A stretch of DNA of 64,000 bases from Azolla caroliniana (Eukaryota; Plantae; Polypodiophyta). The notes beneath the pieces are model-generated. The model saw only the letters and a list, made by a program, of their open reading frames with translations. It was not told where the DNA came from and did no database searches. Made by a program: the position numbers and the translations under genes. The stretch covers positions 12,648,001 to 12,712,000 of the forward strand of contig JBHGNT010000013.1 in the NCBI GenBank assembly GCA_043228905.1. The letters run 5' to 3'. The first letter of the stretch is position 1, and the number at the start of each line of letters is the position of its first letter. Of the stretch, positions 49,382-60,073 are shown piece by piece.

Positions 49382-50137
49382 TTTTGTAATTTTTTTTTGG
49401 CAAAATCCATTGTTATCCCTCCACTTTGTGAATCGTGGGTCTGACGTACAAAGTCCTGTGCCACAAGCGTGCCAGGTGTTGTCCATAGGCCAGAAATATA
49501 AAATACAAAATATGTAAACTCTCGGGTAGGTAGAAAAGTAGGTGAGGAGATAGGTAGAACTAAAATAGTCGAGTTTTTTAGCCCTCACAATCAGCCAACG
49601 GCTCGGCCATGTCTAAAGAAGAAAACTATATAAACCGAGATCTGCATACCTCGAGAAGGAGAGATAACTAGATTAGTTAGCAGGATTAATATCGTAGCAC
49701 GGAGCTCTACACAAAACTATTTCCAGCTGAGAGCCGTGTACTGTATTCAATGTGAGCTTTCTCATTTAATATAAATCTCGTTGTTACTGTTTCTTCATCT
49801 ATGTATTCTTCCCGTACTCGTAAACCGAGCTACATCTATGTCTACCGGGTTGTAGCTAGTGTACGCTCCCCGTTCCCCTAACGTCTTCTCAGTGTAGAAG
49901 AAGCCTCCAAGTAACACGACCCCTTGATACCGATATCCTGTGGGCTCATTGAAGGTGTTTTCTGCAGAAACGGTTAACAACAAGTATAGTAGCAAGGGCG
50001 CTCCTGCAACGCATCATTTTTCCCCATAGGTGTCCACAACAACTCCTTTCAGATCAGGGATCTCAATTTCAAAGTGAAGTTCTCAAAGTACTTGCACAAA
50101 GTTTGGGGATCAAGCAATTATTTACCTCACCATACTA

Positions 50138-50771
50138 TCCCCAAACTAACGGGGTCACAGAAAAGATGAACAAAACTATAAAACATGTGATAACAACTTA
50201 TGTTGATCCACTGCACCAGTCATGGGATCAGGTACTTCCTTTTGCAGTACATGCTTACAACACTTCGGTTCAAGAATCAACTAGAGTGAGTCCATTCTGA
50301 GCATTGTATGGCAAGGATCCACAACTTCCACCAGACCCACAAGTCATCAAGATACGCACCAATCACACGGATGCAACCTTTATTTTAATTAATTAGTTTT
50401 TTTTTTAAAACGAATATTTTTTTATTTATTATAAAAATATGATTAGTGTGAAGTCCCCAAACTAACGGGGTCACAGAAAAGGTGAACAAAACTATAAAAC
50501 ATGTGATAACAACTTATGTTGATCCACTGCACCAGTCATGGGATTATGTACTTCCATTTGCAGTACATGCTTACAACACTTCGGTTCAAGAATCAACTAG
50601 AGTGAGTCCATTCCGAGCATTGTATGGCAAGGATCCACAACTTCCACCAGACCCACAAGTCATCAAGATACACACCAATCACACGGATGCAACCTTTATT
50701 TTAATTAATTAGTTTTTTTTTAAAACGAATATTTTTTTATTTATTATAAAAATATGATTAGTGTGAAGTCC
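50138..50771. repeat. 316-bp direct tandem duplication across the integrase/AT-rich junction
   Basis: 50138-50453 is near-identical to 50454-50769. Confidence 0.92.
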
Positions 50772-51179
50772 AATTTTTAATGTCAAGATAAAAATATCCA
50801 TAAATTTTGAGACAATAAAAACTGAGGAATTAATGACCCTTTATTTTATTTTATTTATTTATTAAAAATAAAACGAATACTTTTACATTTATTATAAAAT
50901 TTTATTAGTGTCAAGTCCTTTTAATGACCCTTTTTATTGTTAAGTCCCTTTTTTATTATCCTAGGAAACTAAGGAGGGAATTCTTGTACTTTTTTCTTTT
51001 TTTTGGGTTAAACGAATACTTGACCATGCATTTGTATGTTAAACCTTAATATTGTAGTCATTTGTTTGAATTCAAATGGGAAACCCCACGAATGTGAATA
51101 TGTCAATCTATGACTACAATATTAAGGTTTAAAGTACAAACATGCTTACCACTTGTAGTGTCATTAAAAGTCTTGAGAA

Positions 51180-51976
51180 CTTCCAGCGAAAACGAATAGG
51201 CCTCGTCATCTATTTTAGATAAGTTTATTGATTCATCTTGTTAGCTTAACCACCTTCGAGCATAATATCGTTTTTCATGACTTTGGCTCTTAATATGACT
51301 TCTAAAAAATATATTAAGACACACATTTGCCACTTTTGCTTCCGTAGAACCAGCACCATAGCGTTCTCCACACTCATTGCACCATAATCTTATGATTGTT
51401 TTTCCACAAAAGTCCTCAACCTTCAACCCAAATTTATAATCTCGAGGAATTGTAGCATTACTTAATTTTACACGTATCCTATGACATTCTATCATCCATT
51501 TACCGAAAACATCTCTAGGAAGCTTATCCTTGATTATTTTAATTGGAGATATATCTTTAAAATTGTCCTCGACTTGACTCAACAATGACCCTCAAAATTA
51601 GTGCATGATTCTTTTGAAGAGACTTTTTGTTTATCAATACTAGACTTGATATATACTTTATTTTCTTTTAAACGCCATTTCTCTTCTTCTTTTTTTTAAT
51701 TTTCTTTTTCCTGGAAAATATCCTTTCATTAGTTATAAACAGTTATTACAAGGATGTTGACGTACCGTCAAACTACCATTTCTCTTCTTGTTTCCCATTC
51801 AAAATATTATTTTTTGTGTACACAAAGGAAAATGATTCATAAAATATATCGTCCTCAATTATTTCCACTCGGATCTTTGCATATGTAAGAGTTCCTCTCA
51901 CACTTACAATGCCCAAAGGTTTATCTTCATCATCCCTCTCATGTTCAAACACTTCAATAATAGACTCTTCATCCAT
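51180..51976 (-). pseudogene. Decayed N-terminal coding region of a probable transposon protein with a C2H2-like zinc finger
   Basis: ORFs 51773-51976 and 51241-51585 (CNEC...HIKSQSH). Confidence 0.45.
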
Positions 51977-52034
51977 TATCTACATATAGAATGACCCACC
52001 TATCACATTTCATATAACCATACATCATATATAT

Positions 52035-52259
52035 GTGTGCATTGTGAATGTGGTATTCAAGTGTGATTTCTTTGTATGTATGTTCCATACATCATATATG
52101 TTTGTATGTGGTATGCATGTGTGTTGTCTGTTATGTTTGTGTATCTATGTTCCATACATCATATATGTTTGTATGTGGTATGCATGTGTGTGTGTGTGTG
52201 TGTGTGTGTATGTTCCATACATCGTATATGTTTGTATGTGGTACACATGTGTGTGTATG
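52035..52259. repeat. Three 62-68-bp TG-rich repeats with (TG)n
   Basis: TATGTTCCATACATC.TATATGTTTGTATGTGGTA occurs three times. Confidence 0.88.
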
Positions 52260-52747
52260 TGTCATGATATGGCAAGACTCGAACCCATGACTTTATGTTA
52301 CATGGGTCAAGCTCTTGACCATTAGACTATATGTTGCAATACCAAGAATATTATTTTCATTTAAGTTTTACTATAGAAAATTGATCTATATTCCAGATTT
52401 CTTTGGAACATTCTAGAAACTTCAGGAGTACTCATGATAACACTATAAAAGGAGGCACAAGGCATTATTGCGAACCAAATCAGTTCAACGCCAATCTTAA
52501 GCCTCCTAACTACTATTGTATATTCTCTTAACATGATATATATCTTTTGTTATCATCATTCTCTCTCTCTCACTCACTCACTCTTTCCTTTTCTCGAGAG
52601 TTCTACACCTCCCTTAGTACTAATCCTCATCTTTTAGTACTAATTCCTTCTCTGTCTTAGTACTATTCCTGAAAGTACTTCTCTGTCTTAGTACTGCTCC
52701 TGATAGTTTGAACCGATTTTCGTCTCCTTCCTTCTCTTCCTTTATCT
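52260..52747 (+). mobile_element. LTR-like fragment with an antisense tRNA-like A/B-box segment
   Basis: Starts TGTCATG, TATA box CTATAAAAGGAGG at about 52443. Minus strand 52271-52330 reads TAGTCTAATGG...GGGTTCGAGTC. Confidence 0.5.
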
Positions 52748-54835
52748 TGTTGAGAGACAAGCTCAAGATTCAGTGTGTAATTGGGTGCGTAAACTGTTAC
52801 GCAAACCAGTGCGCAACGAGAAGCCGTAGCGGTGCGTAAACTGCGAGGCCATTGGAAAGATATTCCGCGTAGGAATATATTTTGGGAGTTAGTGTAGAGC
52901 TCAGTTATGAGCATTGAAATACGTGTCAGTACTTCTGTCAGTCCGTATGGACTTGTATAAAAGTGCTCACTAAGCACATTCTATGTACAGACTGAGTATT
53001 ATTTTTTGAATACAGTTGTGTGTTTTCTCCCTCTCTTCGTCTCTCCCGCGTACTGTGTGTGTCCAAGCCTTTCCATTAAACTTATGTTTTCCTACATTCT
53101 GCTTTCTGTTGCTTCCGCACGTTGTTCTTTTCACATGGTATCAAAGCGCGAGGGTTGAGAACCTCTGCAACCGACCTTAGCTCGAGAAAGAAAACCTAAC
53201 CTTCGTAAAGAACAAGAAAAACAAAATGGATAGATGCATGGCTAGCTCGCTTCCCACAGAGAAGCTCTACAGAAACAACTACGCGTCTTGGTCCTACAAG
53301 ATGCACCAGTACCTGCTCAGGCATGGATACTGGAGCTATGTCGACGGAGCAAATGACACAGCACCCGATTCGACACACAAAGACTTCCCGGCTTGGGAAT
53401 AGTCCGCGAGTAGAGTTCTCTACTGCTTCGCGTCCTGTGTGGGCGAACAGCTTCTAAGCTATATTCGGGATGCGAAAACGCCGAAGGATGCTTGGGGAAA
53501 TCTGAAAAAGATTTTCGTCGCAAGCACCACAACTAGAAAGCTCCAACTCCGATAGGAGTTGAGCAACTTGCGACAACGCGATTTGTCGGTGGCTGATTAC
53601 ACCTCGAAGATCAAAGATATATGCGACTCTTTAGCCTCCATCGATGTGAATGTTGAGAAAGGCGAAATGGTGCAGATCTATCTCGGGCGACTAGCGTCGA
53701 AGTTCGGAGCGTTCCGAACTGCTATACGCACACGGGAGAATGCGCCATTGTTTTTCGACCTATAGTCGATGTTCCTTATAGAGGAGAACCACGCGGGTGA
53801 GTCAATGAGTACATACACCGATAGCAAGATGTTGTACACAGAGGGAGAGAGGCCCCATGTTCATGGCGGACAAGGCGAGTCGGTGCGCAATGGAAGCGGC
53901 CGACAGGATGAAGGAAGAAGGCACCGAAGTGATGCCGACAGCAATTCCGAACCCTCCGGAAACACGGGGAGTCGAGGCGACGAGAACCAACAAGGGAAAT
54001 CCATTGCGGAATGTTGGTACTATGGCAAGAAAGGCCACAAGGAGAGTGAGTGCTAGAAGAAGTGCGCCGATTTGGAGAAAACCGGATCTGGATCCGGACA
54101 AACCGACAAAGGAAATCGGCAACGATTGCACTACGCCGAAGGATCCGAAAAAGTCTGAAAGGGGGTAGCCTTCGTGACAAGACACGAAGCGAACTCGATG
54201 AACAAGAACACCCCGAAATCGGACGAGGTGTGATACATGGACTCCGGCGCGTCAAACCACATGACAAGCCATAAGTATTGGTTCTCATACCTTGAGAAAC
54301 CGATGCAACCGAGAGTAGTCGCAACAGGAGACGACACTCCGCATCCAATCGAGAATGTCAGTGAAGTTCCCCTGAGCCATGTCGGGCAAAAAGGGAAACT
54401 CATGATTGTGTTGCACGTCCCAACAATCACGAAGAATCTAGTGTCGATTGGGCAGATCGCCGACTAGGGGATGCAAGTCCAGTTCACGCATCTCGGGTGC
54501 TTCATCGAGGAGGAAGGCCAAGTTATTGTGCAAGGGCGCAGAGACGGGAGGATGTTTATCCTTGACACCAATGACGTTGGAACCGCAATGTTCGCAAAAG
54601 GACAAAAATTCACGTCGGAAATCGACTTGTGGCACAAGCGGATAGGCCACGTCAACTATCAAAGGCTTCAGGACTTGCAATCGAAACAAGTTGTATTCGG
54701 ATTGCCCAAATTCAGTGGCCGGAAGGCCCAAATTTGTGAAGCCTACCAGCTAGGGAAGCAACACCAACTTCCTTTCCCCAACAAGCGTAACCGGAGCCGG
54801 AACAAGCTCGACTTCATACATTTGGATGTATTGGT
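52748..54835 (+). mobile_element. Truncated Ty1/copia retrotransposon (5' LTR, gag, protease, integrase N-terminus)
   Basis: LTR ends TTCACA at 53135, PBS TGGTATCAAAGC. NYASWSYKMHQYL gag, MDSGASNHMT protease, LWHKRIGHVN, IHLDV then truncation. LTR start uncertain. Confidence 0.88.
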
Positions 54836-54839
54836 AATT

Positions 54840-55420
54840 GAACCTTGCAAATGCCATTCACGTGGTGTATAAAATATTCTCATGGTTCATAATCACCACG
54901 TCAAGCACTTAATGTTGATCTTCATAGTTTGGTTCATCTACAACAGAGAAACATTTATGTGGAACTAAGGATGATAACATGAGCATAACTCAGGTGACAA
55001 TGAAACTTGCAAGAACTCAAGGTGGGGATATTAATAGCTACACATGTAGATGGCCATCACCTAGGGCACCAATTCTGCACTAGTAAAGTTTTGGACGTGG
55101 TGATGGATTAAACTTCTGTAATACATCTATCATTGACATTAGTGAGGTGGATATCATTGTGTATGCCTTTACACTGACAAAAGTTGGATGTTTAAGGACG
55201 ACGATGATAGAAATAATAAAAAAGATATTACCAAGACTAGAAGATATCTCAAATTGAAGGCAAACAAGATTTAGTACACACAATTTGGAGACACCATTTG
55301 GTGAAGACAATGATTTGATTGGTACATTTGAAAATGAGGAGGAAGAGTCACAATTGTATATTAGCTATAGTAGTGATTCTCATGAAAGGAATGATGATAG
55401 TAATGCAAATAACTCTTAAA
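54840..55420 (+). pseudogene. C-terminal fragment of the same protein family as 9730-9984
   Basis: YAFTLTKVGCLRTTMIEIIKK followed by an acidic tail. Confidence 0.45.
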
Positions 55421-55770
55421 TGTATTTTTTGTGTAACGATATGTAAGAAATTTAGACAATATTTTATCAAATGAAATAAAAAAGTTGATTGTTTTGAAAT
55501 CTTTCGCTTATGATTTCGTTAGGATCTAAAATACTACTAAATGTAATTTCTCCATAAAAATACACAAAGTTACTTTTCGTACTTGGCCAAAATTTGGCAT
55601 TTTTCAATTTTACCAAATGGTGAAAATTTTAGCTTTTTCATCAAGTTTTTGAGAACATGTGATACTGGTATCAAGGTGTTTTGTGAAACGGCAAAAAAAG
55701 CCCCAAAATCAAATGTAATATTCCTTATCCTTCCATTTGTGCACGATCCTTCCACTTGTGAACACGAACG

Positions 55771-57500
55771 TGCTTTTACTCTATTCAACGGCCACCCATC
55801 GATCTGGAGACAGGAAGATGGGCTCTAGAAATTAGAGAGTCACATTCAGTGCATGTGCAGAACTTAAAAAGCAAAATGAAGATTAATCCACATGCGATTG
55901 TAGTGCCATTCTTAGTAATGGTCGAGCCAGATCAATGCCCTATTGTTGATGACTTCAAGTACAGTTCGGCAGATGACCACACATATTATGTGATTGGAGG
56001 ATCCCACTCTACTAAAGCCCAACATTAAGTGGTCAAGGAGTATCCTCTTACCCCTTTCTTCAAGTATGCAGAATTTAAAGTGTATGCATGCCTTACACAT
56101 GAAGAAGCCAAGTTGTTAGCTTGGGAACATAACAACAACAATGACTATAGACAAAAGATGTCATGTATCGAGCGCATCAGGTTCTTCCATCACGACTACC
56201 TTGATGTGTTGCAAAAATTTGGTCCTCCGCTGCAAACTTGATTGCGACGACAATGTCTGATTCAAGTGGGGATAGCAGTTGACAAAAGCACTAGAAAATA
56301 TGACTCATGGTTTCAACTTGCCTTTAGAACAGGGGAGGTGTGGGACCGCCAAGATCGCATTTTTAGTATGTGGGAGCGTCAAGGAATAAAGGGTCAAAAA
56401 TCAAAGAAAGCTAAGCTCGCCCCACAGGTGGAGATGAAATCTAAGTCACGTAAAAGTGACTTAGGAATTGAAGAGTTAGCCGAAAATATGAAGCTACTTC
56501 CTTGGCGGTCACTGCAAGGAATTAAGGATGAAAGATTATTAATATCTGTATTATCAAGAGTGGCCGCCAAGGAGTTTAGCCTTGACAAAATGGTCACAGA
56601 GGTTCAAAAGTGAGTCATATATGTGCATGTATCATTTTGATTTGATTGCTTTGTTGATTTGTTCTTTTTTCTAATTTCAGTTTCTTTTATTTTTTAGCCG
56701 TAAGGTGTATATGATGATTCAAAAGCTGATGATGAAAAAATTGTCCCTACCTATGTGGGAAGAAGTGGAGCAATCTTGCCCAAAAACATCATCTTACAAG
56801 GCTCTTGAAGAATTCTTTATCGTGTTTAGAGAATGGGTATTGTATGTTCTACAAAAATTAATTGATTTTTGGATAATGGGTTTCTTCTTACAAATTTTAT
56901 AATTACAGAAACCACCTCATTCAAAGAAGAATAATGACAGCAATGAAGGCATACCTAGTGCCTTCATCACCCATTTGGAACAAGCTAAATACAAGAAACG
57001 TATGACAAAAGTAAAGGAGCTTGAGATGCCTGACAACTTAGATACCGTCAAAAGCTTTTTGCACAAGAGTGATCCTTTCCAACAATTGTATTATAGTGTA
57101 TATAATGGTGATGTGGGTAATATGCTTGACATATTACCCAAGAGACATTATACATTGCTCATCGCGGATATACCGTATGACTTCCGAATATCAGGCTCGA
57201 CATACGACGATGTGCCATACAAATATCCGCAAATAGAGAAGATGGTTAAGGACTTCACGGAGCTAACCCTACCACCATTATGGCATATTGTTATATTTCA
57301 CAGTATGGGTCGGGCGTTATCAATCACGACTGCATTGAAGTCGAGATGCCATGCCACCGAACATATGCATTGGTAAGCTTTATGTTACTATATATTTAAT
57401 GTATGGATTCTATGTTGCTTACAACATATTTATTAACTTGTTTCGATTCCATTATACAATAGGGTTAAAACTAACATAACTCATAAGGATACTATTAAAT
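55771..57500 (+). pseudogene. ParB/Srx-like domain fused to a beta-class DNA N6-adenine/N4-cytosine methyltransferase (intron-containing, truncated)
   Basis: IRESHSVHVQNLKSKM..PFLVMV..YYVIGGSHS..KVYACLTHEEAKLLAWEHN (55831-56133), then after two GT-AG introns VYNGDVGNMLDILP..LLIADIPY (DIPY 57167-57178). Two in-frame stops; motif I (FxGxG) not reached. Confidence 0.7.
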
Positions 57501-57669
57501 CTCAGAACCCGTGTCACATGCAAAGTTTCCCTTCTCAATCATAATGTGCAATCTCAAATTTTTGAACGTCGAGAATCACAACATAACTTCTACATGAAAT
57601 TATGATATTTGAGAATGATAATGAAACATCTTTGTCTATCTTTGTTGTTATTCAAAAGCATTAATCTTT

Positions 57670-59150
57670 CTCTCTTTTTTTGGTGAAAACAAACAATTAT
57701 ATTAATAAAAGTGTGTGAAAAACACTACTTACAATGGGTGTCAAAATGGAGTTTGGTCACCCACTAACTACACTCCATGGGTAGTGGAACATGTGGAATT
57801 GCCAATAGGCAAGATGAACACTCCACTGAGGAAAGAATTTCCAGTTCCTCCAATAAAGAAAATTGTCACATTAGTACTCCATTCAACTTTCATAGATATG
57901 CTTTCACTCCATGTCTACCATCGAATACAAAAGCATTGCGCATGTTCCAATTATGACGCAATCCCCCATATCTTAGAAAATGGAAAAACGATCTCCATCT
58001 CTGATCTTGGGTCAACTTGTGTACATTCTGCAAACACCAACTATTTAGACGTCAAATAACAGCGTGATAAAACTTGCCAAATTTGTGAAATATAACTCCA
58101 AATCTGACAAGCAATTGGATATTGTATAAACCGATGCGTACTATCTTCTATTTGAACAATGCAAAAGAAGCAATTACCCGTTGCTAGTACACAACGCATT
58201 AGAGCTAATCCTCCAATCAAAACTCTCCAAATGAAGACCTTTGCTACAAGTGGCAATTTAGAATGCCAACTACATTTTAAGATCTGCCACCATCCATGAT
58301 AAGATTTGCATGTTTTCCATTCTTCTTTAGCCTTAGATGATAGTCCAAGAGACTCAACAGAGCAATGGTACAAAAGATTATTAGTTACTTGTAACAACGA
58401 TGTTTGACCCCGTAAACACCAATCAATCTATGGTTGTGTTCTTGCTTGTAGAGGTAAAAGACCTTGCATCAATGCAATATTTTGTAGTTGTTGCCAGATA
58501 GACTCATCATTAGGAGGGATGCGTAATAATTGTCGCGCTTCAACAAACTCTAAAATTGGCTAAGAGGGCATACTTGACAAACAGATATTGTGAGGGCAAA
58601 ATCTAATGTAACTCACCCATTAAGCATTACTCGAAACACCGCATCTTGTCCTAATAAAAACACGAGGCTAGACATACGAGGTCCAAAGCCCATTGTATGC
58701 ATTAACCCAAAAACAAAGAACTAATTAACCTAATCATAAGCTTTCTTTCTCCAAATCTATTTGTACCATAATCAATTCTTGAGTGTTTCATGCATAATCC
58801 ATGGTCATTTAAACATTCAACATATTATGCAATATATTCCTGCCTGCAATAAAACCATATTGGGCGAGATCCATCAACTTTGGCAAATACTTTTTTAATC
58901 TATTTGCCAAGACCTTTGTGAATATCTTATGTCTTTTCATACCAAGTGTGTTCATATGCTCCCATCCTGGCCTCTACAACTTGTATCCCATAACACACAA
59001 AATCTTCAATTATTTGTAGCATTTGCTTGTGGAGATTACCGTACTTTACCCATTTGACTCATTAACTCTAGTAAAAATGGCCACAAAAATGCATGCTAAC
59101 AATCCACTCTTACCCAAACAAGGCATTCTTATTTCAATGAATCTCTCTTT
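57670..59150 (-). mobile_element. Degenerate L1-type LINE remnant
   Basis: zf-RVT (KVFIWR..CFFC..EDSTH) 58041-58397; RT piece KIFTKVLANRLKK..QYGFIAGR at about 58830-58930; T-run at about 57675. Confidence 0.8.
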
Positions 59151-59732
59151 CATTGTGATTCAATGGCACTAATTTCCCCATTTTTTCATGATCCCAAGCC
59201 ATCAAATGCATATGAAATTGGTGCTCACATGATTTGATTTCAAGTTGTGTTAGATTGGTCTTTGAAAACTACTTATATACGAGGTAGGGTGTACAGTTGT
59301 GGTATAAATCTTGTCGAGGTTTAATTGGCATGATTGAATTTAGTTGGTGCTCACATGAGATTATTTTGAGTTGTGTTAGATTATAGAATATGAAAACTAC
59401 TTGTATACGAGGTAGGTTGTGCATGATATCATTGGAATGTTACTAAAACCATATGTGGTTGTGGTGGTATAAATCTTGTCGAGGTTTAATTGGCCTCACT
59501 AAATTTATCTAACAAATGCATGTTGAGCCATCAACTCCACATAAATATAATTGACATTAGGATATCATCAAAATAGAATATCCTAATCCTTAAATATGAT
59601 TTCATAAAAATTGTGACACATTCACTTACGAATGTCAAGGTCTAGTAGTTTTTTCAATTATATGACCCTCCCTATTTCCTTCAAAATGCATGTGCCTTAT
59701 TACAATTAGCAATATCCGCCATCATAAATTAT

Positions 59733-60070
59733 TGTAAATGTAGACGTGCGGAAGCATTACACAGCACCGGCTCAGCCGGATAGCAATAAAGAATAAGATG
59801 AAGGTTTAATAGAGTAGCTTAACACTCAAAGAATACGCGTGAGAGAGAGAGAGAGCAGAACATAAGCTCAATTCAAAAAACTCTAAAACTTTGTACATAC
59901 AACGTGCTAAATAGCACTATTTATACAAGTCCATAAAGGACTGACAGAAGTACTGACAGGTACTTCAATATTCCTACGTGCAACTGACACTAACTACGAG
60001 ACAATGATTACCTAGTAGTCTAGGCTACTACTAGGCTTCCGGTTACCGTTGTCGTGTGATTCTTCACACA
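59733..60070 (-). mobile_element. Solo LTR related to the copia LTR at 52.8-53.1 kb
   Basis: Reverse complement shares TGTCAGTACTTCTGTCAGTCC..GGACTTGTATAAA and GCTTCCGCACG. Confidence 0.75.
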
Positions 60071-60073
60071 CTA

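Larger units (their letters stand above)
39988..49979 (+). mobile_element. Nested full-length non-chromovirus (Athila/Tat-like) Ty3/gypsy with extra 3' ORF
   Basis: LTRs 39988-40476 and 49477-49979, TSD GCAAG/ACAAG, PBS TGGCACGCCC (tRNA-Arg-like) at 40482. Removal restores the host integrase PDSTAS|IVAR. Confidence 0.93.
35608..50390 (+). mobile_element. Ty3/gypsy LTR retrotransposon, 3' truncated, host of two nested insertions
   Basis: 5' LTR 35608-35790, PBS TGGTGGAGAAGATGGGCA (Ala-like), gag with zinc knuckle, LLDSGST protease, RT 37667-38311 (YLDD), RNase H, and integrase continuing at 49980-50380 (SPYYPQTNG). Confidence 0.88.

Noticed and set aside
59219-59495. Short local duplication
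   Set aside because: Degenerate, non-coding, with no further structure.
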